Assembly: GCA_015655045.1 (NCBI GenBank)
Contig: JAATFU010000006.1
Coordinates: 33,058 to 97,057 of the forward strand
Direction: 5' to 3'
Length of the DNA: 64,000 nucleotides
Origin: Candidatus Saccharimonadota bacterium
GTDB taxonomy: Bacteria > Patescibacteriota > Saccharimonadia > Saccharimonadales > Saccharimonadaceae
Below the pieces are notes generated by a model. It was not told the origin of the DNA, did not search any database, and saw nothing but the letters and a program-made list of their open reading frames with translations. The position numbers and the translations under genes are program-made. Shown here piece by piece: positions 45,417 to 53,691 of the stretch. How positions within the stretch are numbered: position 1 is the stretch's first letter; each line of letters begins with the position of its first letter.

Positions 45417-46665
45417 TGTGTATCTCCTTTAATCTTGATGAGTGAACAGTATAACGGGAAAGTTGGAAAACAAGGCCTAGCGCCGCCGTAATGAAGATCA
45501 TACTGGTGCCGCCAAAGCTTAGCAACGGCAAGGTGATTCCCGTAAGTGGAAAAATACCAATGATTGCCGCTACATTCAGAATAACATGTGAGCCGAACCA
45601 GCCAAAAACACCGGCTGCAAGCAATTTCAAACGCATATCAACTAAATGGTCCATTAACTTTAGAAGGCGCATGAGAAGGCCTACAAATAGGGCCAGGATG
45701 GTTACTAGGCCCACAAAACCAAATGTCTCACCCATAATTGCAAATACCGAGTCATTAATAGCCTCCGGGAGATATCCCGTTGCCTGAATACTATTACCAA
45801 TCCCTACGCCGAATAAACCACCTGTACCGAGTGCAATCTTGGCATGCTGAATTTGATAACTCCCCGCATCATCAGTAGATGTATTATCACCCTGTAAGTA
45901 AGTAGTAATGCGCTCAATTCTATGAGGCGCAATTACAATGAATAGGCTGCCCGCCACAATAAGACCAATCAATGTAATCAGTCCAATCCGCTTATTCACA
46001 CCAGCAACGAGTAACATCGCTGCTAGAATACCCATGAGAGCAACTCCCGTTCCAAGATCTTTCTGAATGACTACTACAAATAACAAGGAAAGAGCCGAAA
46101 TAATAATCAGTGGTAAGAGAGTTTCTTGGAAGTTATTGACCTTTCCTTGACTTGACCTTAATCCTAAAAAGCCCGCTACGTATACAAGTAGTCCAAACTT
46201 AAGCATTTCTGCCGGCTGCAAGCTTCCAAGGGGGCCAAGGTTGAACCAACGGGTTGCACCAAGGCTCTCTTGAGCAATTCCAAGATGTGCCACTCCTGCG
46301 ACAGCTAGAAGTGCACAGGCGGCTAAACTAAAGATAAGAACCTTACCCGCATACTTTGTAATCCACGTGTATGGAATAATGGCCATAAGGCCAAATGCCA
46401 CTAATGCAAGCAGAAGACTAATTGTTTGCTTTACAAAGAAATAGCTATCACTGTAGTTGCTTCCGTATGAATTATTAAGCACATTGGCACGTTGTGGACC
46501 AATGGCGTACATAATGATCAGACCAATCAGCATGAGTAGTCCCATATAGAGCACAATTAAGTAATCGGGGCGATGACGACGTACAACCGTACTTGTCGTG
46601 CCCTGAATTGCACTTAATAGTGGTCGCCCACCGAGACGAGCCATGTTAGATATGACCCCCTGCAA
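45343..46665 (-). CDS. ftsW: SEDS-family peptidoglycan polymerase FtsW
   Basis: About 10 TM helices, QPAEMLKF and the FGWFGSHVILNVAAIIGIFPLTGITLPLLSFGGTS region. The basic C-terminal tail overlaps the murG start by 74 nt. An alternative start is ATG 46644. Confidence 0.85.
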   Translation of the reverse strand: MQGVISNMARLGGRPLLSAIQGTTSTVVRRHRPDYLIVLYMGLLMLIGLIIMYAIGPQRANVLNNSYGSNYSDSYFFVKQTISLLLALVAFGLMAIIPYTWITKYAGKVLIFSLAACALLAVAGVAHLGIAQESLGATRWFNLGPLGSLQPAEMLKFGLLVYVAGFLGLRSSQGKVNNFQETLLPLIIISALSLLFVVVIQKDLGTGVALMGILAAMLLVAGVNKRIGLITLIGLIVAGSLFIVIAPHRIERITTYLQGDNTSTDDAGSYQIQHAKIALGTGGLFGVGIGNSIQATGYLPEAINDSVFAIMGETFGFVGLVTILALFVGLLMRLLKLMDHLVDMRLKLLAAGVFGWFGSHVILNVAAIIGIFPLTGITLPLLSFGGTSMIFITAALGLVFQLSRYTVHSSRLKEIHNEDTRSRRGIGRTRYASRGSSARA

Positions 46666-47680
46666 TCGCTAAAAGAACACCGACAAATGCCGCAACATAG
46701 CCGATAACCCAAAACCGCATAGTTACTTTCGTCTCGGGCCACCCAATAGCTTCCAGGTGATGATGAATGGGAGCAGATAAGAATATCTTACGCTTAAGAA
46801 GTTTTTTACTTGCAATCTGGATGAGACTTGAACCCGCTTCAATAACAAACACAATGCCGATCACGGGGAGCAAAAAGAGTGAGTTCGTTAAAATAGCAAC
46901 CACACCCAGAGAGGTCCCAAGCGCAAAACTGCCTACATCCCCCATGAAGAAACGAGCAGGGAAAATATTAAACCACAGATAGCTTAACAATGCTCCCACG
47001 ACGATAAAACAAAAGCCTGCTAACATTGCCTGATCCTGTAAGAGCGCAATAATACCAAATGCCCCATACGCGATCGAGACAAGTCCTCCTGCGAGGCCAT
47101 CAAGTCCATCACTAATATTGACCGCGTTTCCCGTAGCAACCACAACGAAGGCAAATAAAGGAATAATGAGCCAGCCAAGCGTCCAATCACCTAGGAATGG
47201 AACGTGAACCGCATCGACTCCAATCTTTGAGAAAAAATACCAACCAAGTACTACGCCAATGATTGTAATCATCGCAAACTTCAGGCTTGAACGTAAACCA
47301 GCTACGCCCGTTCCCTGGCCACGGATGTTGATAATGTCGTCTAGAAGTCCTACGAGTCCCCCACCAATTAGCGCAGCAAGTGGCAACCAGGTTTGACTGC
47401 GGTCATTATCAAATACAAATGTAATCACCGTAATAGCAACAACAAAGACAATACCGGCCATAGTCGGAATATTTCGCTTGAATTTATTTGCATGTAGTTT
47501 TGTAAAAACAAGTAGTTTCTCGCCTGTTGAACTTGTGCTTCGCTGCTTTTTCCAAAACTTATAGCGATAAGCCACAAAGGTATAGAGGGGCGTCAAAAAC
47601 ATTGCAAGCAGGAATGCACCGACACTTAAGAGAAAGGTTCCGGTGAGTTCATGGGTAAGGTTTGGTAGTGTCTGCTGCAT
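46646..47680 (-). CDS. mraY: Phospho-N-acetylmuramoyl-pentapeptide transferase
   Basis: NISDGLDGLAGG, MGDVGSFALG and the HHHLE motif (PIHHHLEAIGW), in a polytopic membrane protein. Confidence 0.95.
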   Translation of the reverse strand: MQQTLPNLTHELTGTFLLSVGAFLLAMFLTPLYTFVAYRYKFWKKQRSTSSTGEKLLVFTKLHANKFKRNIPTMAGIVFVVAITVITFVFDNDRSQTWLPLAALIGGGLVGLLDDIINIRGQGTGVAGLRSSLKFAMITIIGVVLGWYFFSKIGVDAVHVPFLGDWTLGWLIIPLFAFVVVATGNAVNISDGLDGLAGGLVSIAYGAFGIIALLQDQAMLAGFCFIVVGALLSYLWFNIFPARFFMGDVGSFALGTSLGVVAILTNSLFLLPVIGIVFVIEAGSSLIQIASKKLLKRKIFLSAPIHHHLEAIGWPETKVTMRFWVIGYVAAFVGVLLAIAGGHI

Positions 47681-47684
47681 AATT

Positions 47685-49421
47685 TTATCCTTTCGGTTGT
47701 ATCCTTAAGTAATCGAGCATCCAGTTGGAAATATCGGTAAAGATTGGTTCGGCATCTCGTCCACCTTGAAAGGCTTTATTTTGACCTGATACCTGTATCA
47801 TTATGACATACCTTGGAGTATCACCACCACCGTACCCTAGATACGTACCAACTGTTTGATTGTTATTATAGTTCCCATTAATCAGCGTTTGCGAGGTACC
47901 AGTCTTACCACCTACCTCATAGCCTGGTTTATCGGCGGGGCCGAAGAGGCCGCCACGAGCTACGTGGGTCATTTCTCGTACTTGATCGGCTGTTGATTGA
48001 CTGATTGACCGAGTCGGAGTGACTATAGGATTTGGGGTATATGCCCCATTGGCATCAACCGTTCCAGCAAGGACGCTTGGCGTATGGTAGAGTCCCCCAT
48101 CGACAATTGAACTAAAGGCCGCGGCTACTTGTACCATTGTGTCGTCCATGCCCTGTCCGAAGGCCATATTCGAATAACGTACAGCGTTACCTTCGGCTTC
48201 GGTCGGTGGGATAACTGTTCCCGGAACCTCACCGCTGACTTCTATACCCGTTAGTTGCCCTAGTTTAAAATGATTATAGAAGTAGTCGTACATCGTATTT
48301 CTAGCCTGGAGATTAATATTCGAACCATCACCAAGCCGCTCGGCTACAGTGACGAAACCAGTATTCAGAGAATAGTTAAGCGCTGTCTGGAAAGTAATAT
48401 TACCGGTATGCCCCAAGTCGGCATTTGAAACTGTAATGTCATCAATCTTAATGTGATCCGTGTTGTAATACGTTGCCGTTGGGCTTACTACACCCTTATC
48501 GATCCCTGTTGCCATCGTCAATGTCTTAATGTCCGAACCTGGCTCATATGGCGCAGAGACCACAGGGTTATTAAATACCGATCCGTCACTCACCTGACCA
48601 TAGTTAGCTGGATCAAAGCTCGGCAAATTAGCCATTGCCATAACATGACCCGTTTGAGGATCCATCACAACAACACTTCCATTCGTAGCACCAATTTTTT
48701 TCAGGCTATCACTCAAGGTCTGCTCCACGTGGGCTTGCACGTTCCGATCAATGCTAAGCACTTCGTTTGTTCCATCAACAGCAGGTTTGTTAATATTCTT
48801 ATCTCCAATCGTAAGCGGTACATCACTTACGTCAGTAACCGTCTTTAATAGGCCGTCCGTGCCCGTTAGTTCACTGTTGAGTTTACCCTCAACGCCATAC
48901 TGCCCTTGACCTTGATAGTCAACGAAGCCAAGAGTTTGTGCCGCAAGAGCGCCTTCGGTATACACGCGCTGGCTCTCCTCTTGAAAGCCAATGCCATTTA
49001 AATCAAGTGCTTTTAGCTTTTCGGCTTGGGTTCGACTAATCTTTGTCGCCAAAATTTGATAGCGCGTATCTTTACGCGCTAATAATGCCTGCAAACCAGA
49101 TCGAGCATTGCCCCCGGCAATTGACTGAACCGCATCAATAATTTTGACATCATCCGTGGTAGCTGTTGGATCTGCAAACACGGTATACACCGTTTGGTTC
49201 ATGACAAGTGGTGTTGGCGTTGACCCATCCAACGCGTAAATCATCCCTCGTTTGGCTGGAATCTTGAGCGTTTGAATCTGTTCTTGATCTGCTAGGGCCT
49301 GGTAATGAGCGTGTTGAAGAATCTGCAGATAAAAGAGACGAACGACAAAGACGACCATGATACCTAAGATCAAGGTCGCTAAAATTTTCGAACGGCTGCC
49401 CTTCTGTAATTCTAATTTCAT
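47685..49421 (-). CDS. ftsI: Penicillin-binding protein 2/3-class transpeptidase
   Basis: N-terminal TM anchor, PBP dimerisation region, active-site region PGSDIKT (a divergent SxxK-like motif), SNA-like SNADL, and KTGT. Confidence 0.85.
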   Translation of the reverse strand: MKLELQKGSRSKILATLILGIMVVFVVRLFYLQILQHAHYQALADQEQIQTLKIPAKRGMIYALDGSTPTPLVMNQTVYTVFADPTATTDDVKIIDAVQSIAGGNARSGLQALLARKDTRYQILATKISRTQAEKLKALDLNGIGFQEESQRVYTEGALAAQTLGFVDYQGQGQYGVEGKLNSELTGTDGLLKTVTDVSDVPLTIGDKNINKPAVDGTNEVLSIDRNVQAHVEQTLSDSLKKIGATNGSVVVMDPQTGHVMAMANLPSFDPANYGQVSDGSVFNNPVVSAPYEPGSDIKTLTMATGIDKGVVSPTATYYNTDHIKIDDITVSNADLGHTGNITFQTALNYSLNTGFVTVAERLGDGSNINLQARNTMYDYFYNHFKLGQLTGIEVSGEVPGTVIPPTEAEGNAVRYSNMAFGQGMDDTMVQVAAAFSSIVDGGLYHTPSVLAGTVDANGAYTPNPIVTPTRSISQSTADQVREMTHVARGGLFGPADKPGYEVGGKTGTSQTLINGNYNNNQTVGTYLGYGGGDTPRYVIMIQVSGQNKAFQGGRDAEPIFTDISNWMLDYLRIQPKG

Positions 49422-49429
49422 ATAATAGT

Positions 49430-49780
49430 TTATTGGCTGACGTATTGGGTGCTTGTAGGTGCCGTCATGGTTGTAGCCACGCTACTGTTTTTGACTGTTT
49501 CGAGTGCTGTTAAACGTGCATTCTCAACTTCAAGGTCACTCTTTTGGTTATTGAGATCGGCAATTTGACTATCAATTTTCTGTGCTGCATAGTCATAACC
49601 CGTCGCACGAGTCGCCTGGGTTAAGTATATCAAGCCGAGTACCGTAATCATAAGGGCAACAAGCACCGTATGAGCCACAGGGCCAAGTTTGACTGATGAG
49701 ACAAATGCAACGGTGTTTTGATTGCGTGACCAATTCTGTTGGCGACGACTGACAAATTGTGATGATCGTTGATAAGACAT
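49430..49780 (-). CDS. ftsL: FtsL-like cell division protein
   Basis: 116 aa with one TM helix (VLVALMITVLGLIYL) followed by the coiled coil IADLNNQKSDLEVENARL. Lies between rsmH and ftsI. Confidence 0.7.
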   Translation of the reverse strand: MSYQRSSQFVSRRQQNWSRNQNTVAFVSSVKLGPVAHTVLVALMITVLGLIYLTQATRATGYDYAAQKIDSQIADLNNQKSDLEVENARLTALETVKNSSVATTMTAPTSTQYVSQ

Positions 49781-49951
49781 GTGGTGGATTTTCTATTTAT
49801 TTTTGTTTATTTTGGGGCTCCACCACCCTAAAAAGATGGCGGAGCGCAATTGGTGACTACTTTACGTGAACAGCAACTACTTGAGTTGTGTCTGCGTATT
49901 GTACTGCAATGTGAATTGGCATGGTGTTTTGCCCCTTCTTTGTTGTTTATT

Positions 49952-50848
49952 TTATTTTTTCACTGCTCCACGTAGCTTGCTGCTCCGTGATCGCGGATTG
50001 TGAACATCGTAAATATCTCCGGCGATTGGCTTTTTAGTCAATGGCAGTAATTCAGCCTCGAGACCCGCTTCAAACTGTTCCTTAAAAAAACGCTTGACGA
50101 GTCGATCCTCGAGACTATGAAAGCTAATGATGCCAACTCGCCCGCCTGGTTTTAATAGATCGGGCAAGACTGGCAACAGGTCTTCGATTTGCCGTAGCTC
50201 ATCGTTAACCGCAATCCGGAGTGCTTGAAAGGTGCGCGTAGCTGGATGGATTTTTTTCCATTTACCACGATAGGTTGTTTTGATAAGATTCGCGAGTTCT
50301 TCAGTTGTATGCAATGGTCGGTGCTCAACAATTGCTTTCGCAAATGTTCTGGCCTGCCCTACGCGCTCTTCGCCGTAGTCAGTGAGTATACGCGTCAGGT
50401 CGTCGACAGACTTTGTGTTAACCAACATTTCTGCCGTTACTGTCTGGCGTCGATCCATTCGCATATCCAGTGGACCATTATTTGTAAAAGAAAACCCTCG
50501 TTCACTCATATCGAGTTGTGGTGATGAGACCCCCAAATCAGCTAACACAATGTCGAACTGTCGTCCCTCATCTTTGAGCTGTTTCGCAGCGTGCAAAAAA
50601 TCAGTATGCATAATTCGAGCTCCTTTGTCCGACAGAAATTTCAATCGCTCAGTGGCGTATTCATCTCGATCGACCAAAACAGCTTCATCGTAATTGCCTG
50701 TCTGTTGTAAAATAGCAGCCGCATGACCTCCATATCCGGCAGTCAAATCGAGATAGCTCTCATTGGCTTTTGGGCGTAGGATATCAAGCGTTGCCTGCAA
50801 CAACACAGGAATGTGAATCTGACGTGGTGGTGATTCATTTATACTCAT
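49952..50848 (-). CDS. rsmH: 16S rRNA (cytosine1402-N4)-methyltransferase
   Basis: HIPVLL, LDLTAGYGGHA, ADLGVSSPQLD, SFHSLEDRLVK and the C-terminal PRSRSSKLR are canonical RsmH/MraW motifs. Confidence 0.95.
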   Translation of the reverse strand: MSINESPPRQIHIPVLLQATLDILRPKANESYLDLTAGYGGHAAAILQQTGNYDEAVLVDRDEYATERLKFLSDKGARIMHTDFLHAAKQLKDEGRQFDIVLADLGVSSPQLDMSERGFSFTNNGPLDMRMDRRQTVTAEMLVNTKSVDDLTRILTDYGEERVGQARTFAKAIVEHRPLHTTEELANLIKTTYRGKWKKIHPATRTFQALRIAVNDELRQIEDLLPVLPDLLKPGGRVGIISFHSLEDRLVKRFFKEQFEAGLEAELLPLTKKPIAGDIYDVHNPRSRSSKLRGAVKK

Positions 50849-50874
50849 TGCATCTATATTACTATAGTTGCGTT

Positions 50875-51113
50875 CGAGATCACCTATCTGGTAGTTATGG
50901 CTATTTGTTTTTGTAGTGTGTTTGTTTTAAAAATAAGTGACCGAACAATTGGTATATAGGGGGTTGCGATGCAACTCATACCCTATCAATTATTCGATTG
51001 AGAGACTTATGTGTGAGGTGGAGTTTTTTTGGGAGGTGTGTTTTAGGGAAGGTGCGCGGATTTTTTAATGTGGTTCCGTAGCCCACTGCCTAACTACCAG
51101 ATAGCTGATCTCG
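50875..51113. repeat. 23 bp inverted repeat (22/23 match) bracketing about 193 bp of non-coding sequence between mraZ and rsmH
   Basis: CGAGATCACCTATCTGGTAGTTA at 50875-50897 against TAACTACCAGATAGCTGATCTCG at 51091-51113; the reverse complements differ at one base. The interior has a nested hairpin ATAGGGggGTTGCgatGCAACtcataCCCTAT and no ORF. Confidence 0.75.
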
Positions 51114-51164
51114 AGAGTTTCTTCTTCGTATATCATAAATTGTCAAAGAGCGTTTTTTAATAAC

Positions 51165-51536
51165 CTAGGCAGACGTATCGGCAGGAAGTAATCGGAAATA
51201 AGCACCAGCACGGACGGCAATCAGCTCACGATCAATTCCGGCGTAGTCAAGCAAGTGCTGCTCGATGGTTACTCGACCTTGTTTTTGGTCAAGTTCTACT
51301 TCGGTTTTGCCGCGACGAAATCGTACATTCAAGTCAGCTACTTTCTCATCGAGAATACTGCTGCCAAGAGCCGACTCCACTTCTCTATCCCAAACTGCTT
51401 GGGGATACATATGAAGATACTGGCCAAAGCCACGCGTAAGAACGACACCGCTCACGAATTCATTTCGAAGTTCTATCGGTATTGTTAACCGATGCTTGTC
51501 GTCAAGCTTTCGTTCGAAATAATCTACGCTAGCCAT
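51165..51536 (-). CDS. mraZ: Division/cell wall cluster transcriptional regulator MraZ (short, 123 aa)
   Basis: LDDKHRLTIPIELR and a second GRVTIEQHLLDYAGI repeat (two SpoVT/AbrB-like halves). First gene of the dcw cluster. Confidence 0.85.
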   Translation of the reverse strand: MASVDYFERKLDDKHRLTIPIELRNEFVSGVVLTRGFGQYLHMYPQAVWDREVESALGSSILDEKVADLNVRFRRGKTEVELDQKQGRVTIEQHLLDYAGIDRELIAVRAGAYFRLLPADTSA

Positions 51537-51610
51537 ATATGGTTCTCTCTTGAGGCTCCGCTTTGGTTATTTTTTAATTTCAGTGGTGTTTGTTTTGTAG
51601 GTGGTGTTAC

Positions 51611-51660
51611 CCACTGCTTTCCACTGGCCTAACTATACTACCCACTTTTACCCACTACAA
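51611..51660 (-). promoter_or_regulatory. Putative Pmra promoter (TTGTAG-N17-TATAGT) overlapped by four phased AGTGGG/AGTGGA boxes (MraZ-operator-like)
   Basis: The minus strand reads TTGTAGTGGGTAAAAGTGGGTAGTATAGTTAGGCCAGTGGAAAGCAGTGGGTAAC. CCACT on the plus strand occurs at 51611, 51621, 51642 and 51652, spaced 10, 21 and 10 nt. The region lies 75-125 nt upstream of the mraZ ATG. Confidence 0.6.
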
Positions 51661-51793
51661 CCCCTAATTTTGACAATTTCATAAGATAGTTCATGAGTTA
51701 TTCACAGTTCTGTGGATAAATAAAGTCGGTGACGGATTGGCAGAACCATACCCACCCGTATAGGGCGTAGTATTTTTAGCATGATGACTTTGA

Positions 51794-52354
51794 CTAAAGA
51801 GCCATTACTTCTTGGAACCTAAAACAATCAGGCGAATGGTCATTCACCATACCGATTGCCTGCATAAAGGCATAACATATCGTTGGACCCACAAAGCGAA
51901 ACCCATGCTTCTTCAGATCTTTACTCATCTGCTCACTCACTAGCACGGCCGCTTGATGCTGAGTATGCACTAGATTTTTCCCAGAAACAAATTGCCATAC
52001 GTAAGTATCAAAACTGCCATATTCCTCTTCAATTTGTAAAAATGCCCTAGCATTTTCAATGACAGCATTAATCTTCAAACGATTTCTAATGATTCCAGTA
52101 TCATTCAGTAGTTCGGCCCGTTTTTCATCAGTGTACCGGGAGATGCGACGCGCTTCAAAATTATCAAACGCTTGACGATACGTGTCTCGTTTTCGAAGAA
52201 CCGTTAACCAACTCAGACCCGCCTGAGCGCCTTCAAGGTTGAGCATTTCAAATAATATTCTATCGTTATGCTCTGGGACACCCCACTCTTGATCATGATA
52301 TGCAATAAAAAGTTCATTTGTTTCTGACCAAGCGCATCTTGTAGCACTAGCCAT
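51794..52354 (-). CDS. tag: DNA-3-methyladenine glycosylase I
   Basis: RCAWSETNELFIAYHDQEWGVPEHNDRILFEMLNLEGAQAGLSWLTVLRKR is the canonical Tag sequence. Start set at ATG 52354. Confidence 0.9.
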   Translation of the reverse strand: MASATRCAWSETNELFIAYHDQEWGVPEHNDRILFEMLNLEGAQAGLSWLTVLRKRDTYRQAFDNFEARRISRYTDEKRAELLNDTGIIRNRLKINAVIENARAFLQIEEEYGSFDTYVWQFVSGKNLVHTQHQAAVLVSEQMSKDLKKHGFRFVGPTICYAFMQAIGMVNDHSPDCFRFQEVMAL

Positions 52355-52359
52355 CGGAT

Positions 52360-53628
52360 TTATACTCCGCGGATTTTCTTGAGTACTCGTCCAAACCACC
52401 GAGCGCTTGGACGCAGGCTGCGTTGACCGGTATTGTAATCAACTGAGGCAAGACCAAATCTGGGCCATTTGCCCTCTGCCCACTCGAAGTTATCCATGAG
52501 GCTCCAATGGAGGTAGCCCTGAAGCTCAACCCCGTGACGCATTGCCTTTTGCATACCCACAATTGTCTCTTTAAGCCACCATTGTCGATGGGTATCTTCG
52601 GCGTCTGCTAGGCCATTCTCAGTAATAATAATCGGTAGCTTATATTTTCGATCTAATCGTTCAAGAACATATTGAATATCAGCGGGATGCATATCCCATT
52701 GAACATCGCTCATACGTTGATCGGGATTATGGATTCGGTAGCCGTATACGCGATTACTAAAATAGTAGTTCACCCCTAGAAAATCACATTGACGAGCGAC
52801 TTTCTTGAGGAAATAGTCGTCCTGGGCATATTGCATAATCGCCGTACTCAGTCGGCTCACCCATGCATCATCACCTGGATAAAAGAAATTGGAATTCTTC
52901 GCAATGGAAACCTTATAGCGACGATTAAGACTATGGATAGCTTTGGCCGCTTGTCGATGCGCATGCGCCATGTTGTTTACTACTCGCCACCACTTATACT
53001 TACTTCTTAACGCGGGAGGCCAGTTTTGATGATAATAACTCTCGGTTGCATACACCTCGGGCTCATTAATAGTAATAATGAGCCGAACATTCGTACCAAG
53101 TTCTCGTACAATCTTCTCTGCAAATCGAGTGAAATACGCAACATTTCGACGGTGCTCAAATCCCCCTTTATCTGTGAACCAAATGGGTAAAGAAAAGTGA
53201 AAGAGTGTCATCACTGGCTCAATTCCCTTTTTCTTTAGCGACTCAACGTATTGCCTGTAATGTTTAATTGCTGCTACATCCCAAACCCCTTCACTTGGTT
53301 CAATTCGCGACCATTCAACACTAAAGCGAAAGGCATTCATATTCATTTGTTTTAAAAGAGCAAAGTCTTCTTCGTAGCGATTATAGTGATCGGCCAAGTT
53401 GCCCGACACATAGTTGTCTGGATCTTTTGCGGCTACCTTAATGCGTTCCCAGCTAGCATAGTCGTTGTAGTGATATTGAGCTTGGGCAGCACGGACCTTG
53501 GCATTCTCCAGTTCCCAGACGGTCCACTGGTTGTGGGTGCCCCCCTCAACTTGGTGAGCTGCTGTTGCCGCGCCCCATAGAAAATGTTTTGAAAATCCTT
53601 GATTTGGTCTTAACTCGTCTACGCTCAT
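52360..53628 (-). CDS. Glycoside hydrolase family 1 (beta-glucosidase-like)
   Basis: FLWGAATAAHQVEGG, TINEP (acid/base Glu), ITENG (nucleophile Glu) and WSLMDNFEW. Start set at ATG 53628 with AAGGGG directly upstream. Confidence 0.9.
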   Translation of the reverse strand: MSVDELRPNQGFSKHFLWGAATAAHQVEGGTHNQWTVWELENAKVRAAQAQYHYNDYASWERIKVAAKDPDNYVSGNLADHYNRYEEDFALLKQMNMNAFRFSVEWSRIEPSEGVWDVAAIKHYRQYVESLKKKGIEPVMTLFHFSLPIWFTDKGGFEHRRNVAYFTRFAEKIVRELGTNVRLIITINEPEVYATESYYHQNWPPALRSKYKWWRVVNNMAHAHRQAAKAIHSLNRRYKVSIAKNSNFFYPGDDAWVSRLSTAIMQYAQDDYFLKKVARQCDFLGVNYYFSNRVYGYRIHNPDQRMSDVQWDMHPADIQYVLERLDRKYKLPIIITENGLADAEDTHRQWWLKETIVGMQKAMRHGVELQGYLHWSLMDNFEWAEGKWPRFGLASVDYNTGQRSLRPSARWFGRVLKKIRGV

Positions 53629-53691
53629 CCCCTTATTATACCTCTTTGTGTAGCAATCATCATGCTGGACACACAATAGGTCATCCGCAAG

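Noticed and set aside
49857-49922. 21 aa minus-strand mini-ORF (MPIHIAVQYADTTQVVAVHVK) with an AAGAAGGGG SD-like element between rsmH and ftsL
   Set aside because: It is too short to support from sequence alone, and an SD-like match plus 21 codons is expected by chance fairly often.
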